Both the position numbers and the translations under genes were made by a program. 64,000 bases of DNA from Macrostomum hystrix (Eukaryota > Animalia > Platyhelminthes). Shown piece after piece: positions 1 through 10,900 of this stretch; position 1 is the first letter of the stretch; the number at the start of each line of letters is the position of its first letter. The DNA lies in contig CATNEN010000034.1 of assembly GCA_950097015.1 (NCBI GenBank), positions 4,216,001 through 4,280,000 of the forward strand, written 5' to 3'. Under the pieces are notes generated by a model, which saw only the letters and a list, made by a program, of their open reading frames with translations, searched no databases and was not told the origin of the DNA.

Positions 1-660
1 TCCCGGCCGCCTGGAGAAGATGTCGCTGAACTCGTGCACCAGGGCTCGGATGTCCGGGTCCTTTACGACAGGCAGGTCGACCTCTTTCGTGCTGAAATCC
101 GGCACGAGCTTCTCTTCGAGGTCCTCCAGCTGACTGTCTGCATCGAGATGGCTCACGCCGTCCATCACGCACGAGCTCTTTGGTGGTGCCTCTGCGCTGT
201 CGCTGAAGTCCAGGCACATGTTGCTGGCCTTGATGAAGTCCAGCCCGATGATGACGGCAGCCACCAGGCCTTCCGACACGTAGAACGGGTGCTGCCGCTC
301 GATGCTGCCGAGCGACACCGCCAGGCTGGCCACCTGCCGCACCGGCACCGCCTGCTGGTTGACTGCCCGCAGTTCCAGGTGGACGCTTTCCAACTGAACT
401 CGCTGCATGCTCTGAAGGACCTGCTTGTCCACGATTGATACCTGGCTGCCCGAGTCGATCAGCGCCATGACGTCCGCACCTCCGATCTTGCACTGCAGCT
501 TGGATGTTGCCGGGTTCGGTCTGATGACGACTGCTGCTGCGCTGCTGCCTGCTGTGCCTGCGCCGCCCCCCTCTGCGCCCCGGAACAATCCACTCACGCT
601 GGGGCCCGCGCTCAGAACTGGCCAGGGTTGCGGGCTCCGCCCCGGCCGTTGCCGTTTCCC
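1..660 (-). CDS. pol: Pol N-terminus (aspartic protease), in the -1 frame relative to gag; partial
   Basis: Hand translation is open from 660 to the window edge: ...KLQCKIGGADVMALIDSGSQVSIV...VIIGLDFIK...EFSDIFSRRPG. It has the D-S-G catalytic motif and an IIGLDF (GxD-type) motif. It is absent from the ORF track because it has no start or stop in the window. Confidence 0.9.
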
Positions 661-1403
661 GACGGCTTCTTGCAGTTTCTGGCGAGGTGGCCGCGTTGGT
701 TGCAGTTCCAGCAGGTTACCTCGCGCTGTCTCCTCGCACTGCGAACCGCGCAGGAGTCGGAAGCCTCCGAGCCCAGCTTCGCTGCCAGGTCTTGGACCGT
801 CGCCTGCAGTGAGCTGACCGCGGCCCTCAGATCTGCGGTCTCGGTGCTGCCGCAAGTAGTTCCGGCTGCCGCCGCGAGGGGCGGCCGGCTTCCATCCGTG
901 GTGGCAGAAGGCAGCTCCAGTAGCAGCTGTGCCCGCGCAAGAGCGTCGCTTACCGTCTTGACTGACGCATCGGCTCTGATTTGCCTGCTGACATCCGCTG
1001 GCAGTCCGCGGATGAAGTGATGGGTCAGCATGGTGTCTGTGGCGTCCTTGTTGCTCACGCCAGCGTCCTTGAGCAGCTGCTTCAGGTGATAGAGAAACAG
1101 CCGAGGAGGTTCCCCAGGCAGCAGCTTCCGGCTCTCAAATGCCTCCAGCGCTGAGAAGTGCTGGCTTTCTGGGTGAAATGCCTCGGTCAATGCTTGGGTC
1201 ACCTGACTGTAGTCGCTCTTATCCTTGTCGCCGAGCTCAAGGAAGACCGCCAGAGCCTCGCCATCCAGAAACGTTGGCAGATGCAAGTGCTTATCATTTG
1301 TCCACTTGTTGGCTGCCGCACACAGCTCAAACCGCTGCAGCCACTCCTTAAAGTTTCCAGAGCTTAAAGTTCTCGGAATCGCGCGATGACTGCCCTCTGC
1401 CAT
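612..1403 (-). CDS. gag: Gag with C-terminal CCHC zinc knuckle (263 aa from ATG 1403)
   Basis: MAEGSHRAIP...FKEWLQRFELCAAANKW...CWNCNQRGHLARNC. The ATG lies 6 nt after the PBS. The ORF-track start at 1583 falls inside the LTR. Confidence 0.9.
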   Translation of the reverse strand: MAEGSHRAIPRTLSSGNFKEWLQRFELCAAANKWTNDKHLHLPTFLDGEALAVFLELGDKDKSDYSQVTQALTEAFHPESQHFSALEAFESRKLLPGEPPRLFLYHLKQLLKDAGVSNKDATDTMLTHHFIRGLPADVSRQIRADASVKTVSDALARAQLLLELPSATTDGSRPPLAAAAGTTCGSTETADLRAAVSSLQATVQDLAAKLGSEASDSCAVRSARRQREVTCWNCNQRGHLARNCKKPSGNGNGRGGARNPGQF

Positions 1404-1409
1404 TCTGAG

Positions 1410-1420
1410 CTCTGCTACCA
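1410..1420 (-). promoter_or_regulatory. Primer-binding site complementary to the initiator tRNA-Met 3' end
   Basis: TGGTAGCAGAG on the minus strand, 2 nt after the LTR-terminal CA. Confidence 0.85.
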
Positions 1421-1422
1421 CT

Positions 1423-1604
1423 TGTAACACGCGGTATTTGGCGGTGTGAAACCAGATTCTACGAAGGCCCCGTGAGGCCGTGCTTGTTGTATTTATGTCA
1501 GTTGCGATTACGTAATCAGCGATGTACAGTAAATGAACGATGTTAAACGAACGAACAGTAAATACGATAGAATGATTCAGCAAATTATTAGAAATATTCC
1601 TACA
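1423..1604 (-). repeat. 5' LTR (about 182 bp)
   Basis: Starts TGTA and ends TACA on the minus strand, immediately before the PBS. The second LTR is not in the window, so the outer boundary is inferred. Confidence 0.65.
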
Positions 1605-1649
1605 ATGTTACCATTCAAAAACTGCCTCAAAGGCCAGGAATAAAAACCA

Positions 1650-2328
1650 TTACACATGTGCGATGTGAGTCACACCCAGAGGCTGAGTGGTGGCACATGT
1701 GCAATGTGAGTCACACCCAGAGGCTGAGTGGTGGTACATGTGCAATGTGAGTCACACCCAGAGGCTGAGTGGTGGCACATGTGCAATGTGAGTCACACCC
1801 AGAGGCTGAGTGGTGGTACATGTGCAATGTGAGTCACACCCAGAGGCTGAGTGGTGGTACATGTGCAATGTGAGTCACACCCAGAGGCTGAGTGGTGGTA
1901 CATGTGCAATGTGAGTCACACCCAGAGGCTGAGTGGTGGTACATGTGCAATGTGAGTCACACCCAGAGGCTGAGTGGTGGTACATGTGCAATGTGAGTCA
2001 CACCCAGAGGCTGAGTGGTGGCACATGTGCAATGTGAGTCACACCCAGAGGCTGAGTGGTGGTACATGTGCAATGTGAGTCACACCCAGAGGCTGAGTGG
2101 TGGCACATGTGCAATGTGAGTCACACCCAGAGGCTGAATGGTGGTACATGTGCAATGTGAGTCACACCCAGAGGCTGAATGGTGGTACATGTGCAATGTG
2201 AGTCACAACCAGAGGCTGAGTGGTGGTGGTACATGTGCAATGTGAGTCACAACCAGAGGCTGAGTGGTGGCACATGTGCAATATGAGTCACACCCAGAGG
2301 CTGAGTGGTGGCACATGTGCAATGTGAG
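1650..2328. repeat. 41-bp tandem minisatellite, about 16 copies
   Basis: Unit acatgtgcaatgtgagtcacacccagaggctgagtggtggt; period 41 measured (1681 to 1722). Confidence 0.95.
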
Positions 2329-2623
2329 GTTTTGGTTAAGCAACTGAAATCACATGTTTTACTTAAAACGTATAATTCAAATTATATTGTCCTTGCTGAT
2401 TCATGTGAATATGTGACTCCATATGTGCTAAATTTGCGTCAAATGAATATCAATCATACTGAATCATAATTTTAACATAAATCGAAATCGACAGCAAAAA
2501 TTTACTTATCCGAGACGTTCAACCAGCTATTAACTTTCATCTGAGCGTCTCAATCAATTTGCCACTCTATACCCAGCGCCATACCACACCAGCAAACTGT
2601 TCAACCTGCAGGCTACTGCGGTG

Positions 2624-4273
2624 TCAGTTATTTCTGCACCAGGTGTCAATCTCAGCCACTTGGTCATTTGTGAGCTGACCTCTAGCCAGAGCGAAGCACT
2701 GCAGCCAGCCCTTTGAGATAGATAGAGCAGCTTTGCCTGCTCCCAGTCGCAAGCAGCCGTACTGCTCAGCCGAGTTCAGACGGTCCGCAGCAGAGTTTTC
2801 AGGTACAACTGCAGGGCGTGCCTTGTACAGTCCGTTGTAATACAGAGTGGTGGAATCGTTGCTGCCAGAGCTGTAGCCATACGAAGCGAATTCGCTAGTG
2901 TTGAGAAATGCTCCCATATTAGTACCAAACTGATTGTACTGTACAGACTGCGTCGAAAGCTGAATTCGCGCTAATGAGCCCTGAAAGGACAGGCTAAGCC
3001 GATCGCTCACGCGGCCATTATCGTTGCACCCGAAGAAGGATAGAAGGATCATGGAATTTACAGTGTCTCTGAAATTGAATGGCAAAAAGGCGAATTTCTT
3101 GATTTGTAATGAACCTAATGAACTACAAGTGTTAATCGGCTAATCTCGGTATTGCTGTGCCTTTTGCTTGACTGTATGTTTTACCGGCACCCTTTTGTTT
3201 GGGAATATACGTAACATACGGCTGACAGTCTTGTACGGCGCCGTCTCTGTGTCGCTCATCTTTCAAGCCCCGATGAAGCCATACCCAAGCATGATTGAGT
3301 TAGCTAAAGCTAAACGACAGTTAATAACATCACACCATACTTGATAGCCAAGCCGAGTCAGGTAGATGTCACTTACTCATTGTTCTGCTGAAAGAGTCCC
3401 CTCACGTAGACGGTGACATTTGAGACCGGGATGAACATCTCGTGCGTGTCGGGTGCAGTGGTCACAGTCAGCCAAGATCTTGGCTCACCAGTCAAGTAGA
3501 TCCCCATGGACTTGTTGTAAAGCACTGCGCTGGGCACAGGTGCCATCGGGTGGCTGCCGACAGCAACTGTCGCCAGGTTGAACAGGCCGATACGGAAGTT
3601 GAGCAGCAGCTTCAGGGACTGCTGAACTGCAGTGCTCAGACTGCTAGTGTGCTCTGCAATGAGAAATTATCTCAAAGAGTAAAGTTGCTTATGCAGTGCG
3701 TGACTTGTCAGGTAGGCACACTCACACACACACCAGTGCACCTGCAATTCTAGCCGTAACTCACGGTACTGCTCAAAACTCACGATGCTGGAAGGCGCTC
3801 ACAGCCTTCGTGTCGACGTATGTGCCGCAGCCGTCGCCGGTGTCGGGCAGCCAGAGGCTCAGGAAGGCCTGCGCAGTGGCCCGCACGCACTGTCCCGAGC
3901 GGAGCAGCGACACGGCTGCGCACCACGGCGTCCTCCGGCAGTGCAGGACGCAGCTCAGCGTCTGGCAGCCGGCCGACACGGCCGCCGGTTGTGCGGTCGA
4001 GCAGACGACCACTCGCGACACGCTCTCGCTTGACTCGACGTCGATGCCAGTCGACTGGGCCTCCGTCAGTGTGGGACAGGCGCTGAACTTGTTGAAGTTG
4101 GCGATTTTGAGAGCGGACGCTGAGACCACGATGACCAGAGAGATGGTGAGGTAGGTGAGGCACTGAAGCACACGAGAATATGTTATTAAAGGTGTAAGCA
4201 GTAATTGTTTACTTTTTTAAAGAAAATCCTTATTCGTAGCACGCAGAAATTTCCTCACCTGATCTAGCAGCAT
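2624..4273 (-). CDS. Uncharacterised secreted protein (about 371 aa) with a Cys-rich PAN/apple-like segment and a ConA/LamG-like beta-rich C-terminus
   Basis: Exons 4273-4259, 4162-3784, 3653-3377 and 3068-2624 have GT-AG borders and matching phases (0,1,2). N-terminus MLLDQCLTYLTISLVIVVSASA looks like a signal peptide; CVLHCRRTPWCAAVSLLRSGQC resembles PAN. Domain calls are by eye. Confidence 0.7.
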
Positions 4274-4854
4274 TTGTGATCTATTTGTTAGTTATTCTCT
4301 TACTGTTTGCAAGTTTCCTACTTTCTTGAGCTGTTTTATGTTGCCAAGCCGTGGCCACGGTGGAGTTGGTTTTATGGACTTGTGCCGGTTAGAGAGTTGA
4401 CGGCTGCTCAGCTGCCAAAGAGTTCCCTCAGAAAACAGGTGAGAACAATTTTAGTTGGCAAATTTTGAGTACAGCTGCGGAGCCATGGAACCATGGAACC
4501 AAGCAACTCAAGCAATCAACAATGAAGATTTGTGTAGCACATCTGCGGAACACAAGCGCTTCAAATTCTTTATAAAACTTTAATTCTAACGTCTGCTTCT
4601 AGAACAATGCACGAGCTAAAACTTCTCCCAACCAAAAACATGCTGAGGCTCATTATTTTGCCAATTGCAGTGGAAGAAAGGCTTGTGAATGGAATTGTTG
4701 AAAAACGAAATAGGCTAAGAAGAACGAAATGGTTTAATGTTGATGAATCCCGCTAGGACAGGGTATTATAGGACCCCAGTTTAGAGTTTTTCGGGTGTTT
4801 TTTGTACGCTTCTTTACCCATTTTTTAGTGAAGCAGTTTTGGGCGACTTTGGCG

Positions 4855-4935
4855 TCACTCCAGTCCATGGACTGAACAGTTGTACGCAGCCTTCAGATGC
4901 GCCGCACAATAGCTACAGATTAGCCTCTTGGGCCG
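4855..4935 (+). mobile_element. 3' fragment of SINE family B
   Basis: cagtccatggactgaacagttgtacgcagccttcagatgcg...caatagct matches 49567-49620. Confidence 0.75.
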
Positions 4936-5660
4936 CTCTTTAGACCAGTCGGTTTTCATCTATCTAATCTCTCATTGACAAGTGCCAAATTGTAATCGCA
5001 GAAAACTGCGGTTTCTACTTTGGCAATTGCGTAAAATAAAACTACGCTTGCTGAACGAGGAATCCATAGATCTTAAGGTTGCGATTTCAGGGGCCGGTTC
5101 TTACCAGCTCTCTCGTAAAAAAGAAGTCGACGACCAAGCTGGACGGCATGACAGTTGGACAGTGGTTGGTTGGCCGGCAGCATCCTGCTTCAGATGCTTA
5201 AAGACACAGCGCCGCAGGTGACCAGCAAGGGCCAGGTGTACAGCACAACCGAGCAAGTCAAAGACTACGCCCAGTACGATGTCCAGGTGGCCGAGCTATT
5301 CGACAGATTCCCGGCGCACCGGGTGATCAGATTCGACCATGGCTAACGCCAGCACCGCGCAGCCAACAGCCTTCGCTGGGGCAAGGACTGCGCGCAGATG
5401 TCGATCAGGCACCTGCTCAGCATTAAGACGGACCATTACAACCAGACAGCCAAGCGAAATCAGCCTAGCAACAAGAGCCACGTCATGGGTCCGCGAACAT
5501 CCTCAGGCCGTGAGCTGTGCTTGTCCTTCAACAGCACCAACGGCTGCATGAGGAACAATTGCCGATTCCTCTGTGAGAGATTCAATTCAGACTACTGACA
5601 ACAGATAGAGAACCGGCTTGGCTCTACATCGACTGGCAGTCCAATTGTGATGGCACGTTC

Positions 5661-6011
5661 ATGGAGCTGCACATCAGCCTTAAGGAGTGCGCCGCCCCGC
5701 TGGTTGCGATTCTGCAGCACCATGAAGCCTTCAGCGGCTGCTCGGTTGCGGTCTACACTGACAGCACCGCCGCCTGCGGCATCATTAACTCGGGCTCCGC
5801 CAAGCACCAAGGTATCGCCAACCTGCAGAAGCGCGTCGCCCTGACCTGCATTCAACGCGACATCATCGTCCACGCGCACCATGTGCCTGGCCGCTTCCAG
5901 CTGCTCGCCGACCCGCTGTCCAGAGCGCATGACCCCAGCCAGCTTGCCAACTTTCTGTTTCGCTTCTATGGCACCTGCTATGTGCCAACCAGCTTGCTTG
6001 CCTCCGCTTGA
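5661..6011 (+). pseudogene. DIRS-type RNase H domain fragment
   Basis: HISLKE...VAVYTDSTAACGIINSG...HAHHVPGRFQLLADPLSR fits the DIRS RNase H pattern (LE...TDN...HIPG..N..AD.LSR). Confidence 0.85.
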
Positions 6012-6062
6012 TTGAGTTCTGCCTCTGCATAGCTCCCATCTTCTGTTTCAGGTCCGCCTCCT

Positions 6063-6744
6063 GTGGTCCCGGTTCCCGGCCTCCCCGCGCCGGCACGTCG
6101 ACTGCTCAGCCAAGGCTTCGCCAGCTCAACTCGCTCCGCCTACGCCAGCCAGTGCGCGGCGCCCGTCGGCTCCTCGGCGCCGCCCCAAGGAGCAAACAAG
6201 CGTTGCGGCCGGCCGACCTGCAGCGACTGCACGGCGTGCTGCGACCTAAAGAGCCCAGGGACTGCGCATTCTGGTGTGCCTGCATCGTGGGCTGGTGGGC
6301 CATGCTGCGGCGAGCCAACCTGTGCGTATCCGGCTGGTTCTATCCGCAGCGAGACCTCAGCACGAGCTGCATCCGGCCGTCAAGGGCCGGTCACTCTGCC
6401 CGGTCACCGCGCATCAGAAGCAACTGCACATTAACCGACCGCAGGACGCCCAGCATCACCTTTTCAGTACCCGAACCGGACGGTCCACCGTGCCGCTCTC
6501 CGCGCGCACCTTCGCGAGGCGCCTGTCCACAGCACTTCGACAGGCCGGGTTCGCAGAGCCAGCCAGGTTCTCTGGGCACTCGTTGCGTCGAGGTGGCGCT
6601 ACATCCGCGGTGGAGGCCGGCATCCCCATCGATTCAATCATGCGAGTCAGTGACTGGGCAAGTAGCGCTGTAGCGCGGTCCCTGCCGCAATCGGTTGAGC
6701 GCAGTGCGCCGCTGCGCCTGGCAACGCTCCTCCCCTCAACGTGA
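6063..6744 (+). pseudogene. Tyrosine recombinase split across three reading frames
   Basis: LLSQGFASSTRSAY / RDCAFWCACIVGWWAMLRRANL / FSGHSLRRGGAT...DWASSAVARSL. The expected catalytic Tyr after AVAR reads TCC (Ser). Confidence 0.85.
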
Positions 6745-6879
6745 CCTCCACCTCCAGTTTTGGGATTTTTGGACTCGTTTCGTCCGCTGCCTTTGTGGCC
6801 ACACCTGTGCCTCCCCTCTAGCTGCTTTCGGCCCCTGTTGGCTAAATTATAATGGGACAAAAATTCTTGGTAATCATGG

Positions 6880-7025
6880 GGGCGCCAAACCTCCTGGTGC
6901 ACATTTTACAGCAGGGTGGACTGAAGCGATGGAGAATGAAGTGCTTTCCTGAGCTAGGATCCGAACCTTCGACTTCTCGGTTAGTTAGAAGCCGAAAGCT
7001 CTAACCACGGTACTATAACCTAGGT
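6880..7025 (-). mobile_element. tRNA-headed SINE with CORE-like domain (family B-related)
   Basis: Minus strand tagtaccgtggttagag (A box) ... ggttcggatcc (B box) ... cacttcattctccatcgcttcagtccaccctgctgtaaaatg. Confidence 0.65.
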
Positions 7026-7959
7026 GTTGCTAAAAACGGGCCATCCATTCGGCGTGCCTGTACGAGCGTATTGGCTCATAATTTATTGCGTGATTGCATT
7101 TCAGCTTGGATTTTTTTATTTGTCTCATGTACTTCTGAATTTCATCATTCCAGCATACATAAAAAAGCTAATAGTCGAAGTCAAAAGCGATTTCACTAAC
7201 ACAACAAATATATTTTCTTAATTCTGTTTCGATCTTTAAATAAACTCGAGCTGAAAACTAACAGTCTACACCGCTAAGAGTCGACAACTAATTATTTGTT
7301 CTGTCTACATTGATTGATGAATAAAAAATGTGTTGAGCAGTTAACGGTAAATTTTTAAACAGAAAAAAAATTCTATGCTATCTTTTTGAAATAATTTCCG
7401 CCACTTTGGTGGGTACAAAAAGTACTAATATTCCTATGGTATGGCAACGAAATTTCAAAACTAAAGAGAACATCTTTAGAAAAACTAAAGAATAAAATTG
7501 TTGCAACTAACACGAGATTGTAAAGTCTACCGAGAAGAAAACGAAATGACAATTTTTTTGGAAAAAATGATTCGTCAGCTAAGCCAACTGGTCTACGAAC
7601 GAGTATTGAAACGAATATTGAATCTGTTCGTCATAGTTTTACTAATCCGATGCTTGAGGCAACTTTTCGAAGTAAGACTTGATACTCCGCCAAGCTAAAA
7701 GAAGCAATCGAATTCCAAAGTTGCCTCTCACATTGCTGCTTAATGGAAATAGAACACAATGAACTTTTACTAGTGTTAGTACCACTACTAGTGCAAACTG
7801 AAAACTGAAACTGCTGCTGACTAACATATAGAGCGTAGCGTTTGTGTTGGAGAATGATTCTGTCTACATCACTAAGAAACACAGATCTATCTACTCGGAT
7901 CTAAAGTTCTCTATATATGTTAGAGATTGTCCAGTCTGTAACATTTTATCAGCTCGCGA

Positions 7960-10900
7960 TCACTCGATATCCATCACCAGGTCGTTGCCCTCGACCTTGT
8001 CCTTGGCCTTGACAAAGACCGACTTGACCGTCCCGGCGATTGGCGCGGAGACAACCAGCTCCATCTTCATCGCGGACACCACCATCAGCGCCTGACCCTT
8101 CTCCACAGATTCTCCAACGCGCACCTTCACGGTCAGTATCTCGCCGGGCATCGGGGCGCCGATGGAGCCCTTGTTGCCGGGGTCGGCCTTCGGCCTGATT
8201 GTGATGTCCTTGGCTGCTTCGCGGTCGGTGACGTACACAACTCGCTGCTGTCCGTTCACCTCGAAGAAGCACTCTCGCTGGCCGCGCTTGTCCACTCCGG
8301 CTACGGCCAGCTGCTTCACGTACATCGTCTTGCCGCGTTCCAGCTGGATCTCGAGCTCCTCAGCGGTCTTCGGGCCCTGGAAGAAGACGCGGGTGTCCAG
8401 CTTCCACACCGGGCCGTAGAGCTGCCTGCAGGCCACGAACTGCTCGAACATGCGCGGATACAGAGCCGCACTTATCAGGTCCTTCTCCGAGATTTCATGC
8501 TCGCCAAACTTCTCCTGCAAGCGATGTTGCAGAGCTTCGAAGTCGAACGGAGGCAGGTCGGCGCCCGGCCTGCCGGTGAATTTCGGCGGACGGCCCTTCA
8601 GCACTGCAGCCGCCAGCTCAGGGGGGAAGCCACCGTACGGCTGTCCGATGTGTCCGTCGAAGAACTCAACCACTGAGGTCGGGAAAGACAGCTCAGAGGC
8701 GCGTTCAAGAACGTCCTCCGAGGACAGGTTGTTCTGCACCATGAACTGTGCCAGGTCGCCGACGATCTTCGAGCTGGGCGTCACCTTGATGATGTCGCCA
8801 AGAAGCAGGTTGGCTTCGGCGAATTTCTTCTTGACCAGCTCGAACTGGTCAGCCAGGCCCAGGCTGATCGACTGGAACTGCAGGTTGGTGTACTGCCCCC
8901 CAGGGATCTGGTTTTCGTACACGTCCGCATTGCCACTGCGCATTGTGGTGGTGCACTCAAAGTTGGCATACAACCGTCTGGCCAGCTCCCAGTAGGAGCT
9001 GTACTGCGACACATCCGCCAGCCTCAGGCCGCCGCCGTTGCCGCCAAGGCAGGAGACAAGAGCGCCCATCGACGGCTGCGAGGTGATGCCGCTCATCGAA
9101 TCGACGGCGGTGTCGATGATGTCGGCGCCGGCCTCGGCGCAGGCCAGGAGGGTGGCCACGCCGGCGCCGGCAGTGTCGTGGGTGTGGATGTGCAGCGGAT
9201 GATCAGGGAACTTGGCCTTCAGAGCCCGCACTAGCAGACGCGCACCGTCCGGTTTTAGGAGGCCGGCCATGTCCTTGATGGCCAGGATGTGCGCCCCCGC
9301 TTTGACCAGCTGCTCGGCGGTGTCCAGGTAGTACTGCAGGCTGTACTTCTCGGACCGGGTGACATCGCCAGTGTAGCAGACGGCGGCCTCCACAACTCCA
9401 CCGGCCTTGCGCACGGCGTCCATGCCCAGTTGCATGTTGGGTATGTAGTTGAGGCAGTCGAACACGCGGAAGATGTCCATGCCGGATTTGACGGCCTGCT
9501 CGCAGAACTTGTACACCACATTATCCGGATAGTTGGTGTAGCCAACGGCGTTGGCGCCGCGCAGCAGCATCTGGAAGGGAATGTTCGGGATCCGCTGGCG
9601 CAGCTCCTCCAGGCGCTCCCAGGGGCACTCGTGCAGGAAGCGCATGGCCACGTCGAAGGTGGCGCCGCCCCAGCACTCGAGTGAGAACAGATTCTCCATG
9701 CGCCTGGCCACGAAGGGCGCAATCTTGATTAGGTCATGAGTTCGAACGCGCGTGGCAAGCAGCGACTGGTGAGCGTCGCGCATCGTCGTGTCGGTGATCA
9801 GGACGCTCGGGTGGCGCAGGATGGCCCTGGCGAAGGCTTCGGGACCTTCATCAAGCAGAATTTGGCGCCAGCCGGCTGGTGGCAAAGTAGCTGAGGGGAT
9901 CGCAGCATAATTCGAGTGTTCGAGTGACAGGATTTAATCTGCTTAATTGATGCGATAATCCATCCGCGTGAGCGAATATTGACTACCTGTTAGCTACAGG
10001 TGAGCGATTATCTACCACTTAGCGAGGATTATCTACCTGTTAGCGAGGATTATCTACCACTTAGCGAGGATTATCTACCTGTTAGCGAGGATTATCTACC
10101 ACTTAGTGAGGATTATCTACCACTTAGCGAGGATTATCTACCACTTAGCGAGGATTATCTACCACTTAGCGAGGATTATCTACCACTTAGCGAGGATTAT
10201 CTACCACTTAGCGAGGATTATCTACCACTTAGCGAGGATTACCTACCACTTAGCGAGGATTATCTACCACTTAGCGAGGATTATCTACCACTTAGCGAGG
10301 ATTATCTACCTGTTAGCGAGGTTTATCTACCTTTTAGCGAGGATTATCTCCATTAAAGAAGATTAACAGACATTTCACGCAATTTACAACCACTTTACAG
10401 GGTTATCTATCTCCAAAGACAGCATTATTTTTATCTATCACCCACCGATGTACCTGTAGGTAGGTAAACTGGATTACTCACAATAGTCAATATCCGGCGC
10501 CATCGGATTCACCTCGGGAATGCGAATATCCTTGCTGACTATCGGAGTGGTTGGCCCGTTCACGAGAGTGTCGGCTGAAAAAAGTTCATACTTGATAATT
10601 AATATATATTATAGGAATAAGAAGGAAGGAAGAAAGGAACAAAGGAAGGAAGAAAGGAAGGAAGAATGGTAGGAAGGAAGGAAGGAAGGATGGAAGAAAG
10701 GAAGGAAGAATGGTAGGAAGGAAGGAAGGAAGGATGGATGGATGGAAGGAAGGAAGGAAGGAAGGATGGAAGGAAGGAAGGAAGGAAGGAAGGAAGGAAG
10801 GAAGGAAGGAAGTTGTAGAGACTAACCAATAAAGTACAGCAGCCGCTGGCCCCTGTTCTTGGAGGCCTTCTGTTTCACCAGCTGCGGGTTGCGGTCCAAG

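Larger units (their letters stand above)
1..1604 (-). mobile_element. 5' part of a Ty3/Gypsy-type LTR retrotransposon (5' LTR, PBS, gag, start of pol); continues off the left edge
   Basis: LTR, tRNA-Met PBS, CCHC gag and a DSG aspartic protease occur in the expected order on the minus strand. RT and integrase are outside the window, so the superfamily call is inference. Confidence 0.9.
5150..6750 (+). mobile_element. Degenerate DIRS/Ngaro-type tyrosine-recombinase retrotransposon with RT deleted
   Basis: Gag-like fragments (VIRFD; CLSFNSTNGCMRNNCRF), then DIRS-type RNase H, then a frameshifted tyrosine recombinase. No RT lies between them. Confidence 0.8.

Noticed and set aside
34-1020. Plus-strand ORFs 34-438, 425-817 and 628-1020
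   Set aside because: Antisense shadows of GC-rich gag-pol.
1404-1583. N-terminal extension of gag given by the ORF track
   Set aside because: It lies within the LTR and PBS and begins at a non-ATG codon; ATG 1403 is the plausible start.
8162-9739. Multiple ORFs overlapping PC exon 6 (and similar sets over the RBM12-like, ankyrin and ALG1 exons)
   Set aside because: Off-frame or antisense shadows caused by codon bias; no recognisable motifs.
10000-10366. Repetitive ORFs such as (SEDYLPL)n and (RIIYHLA)n
   Set aside because: These are translations of an intronic 21-bp array whose period is a multiple of 3.
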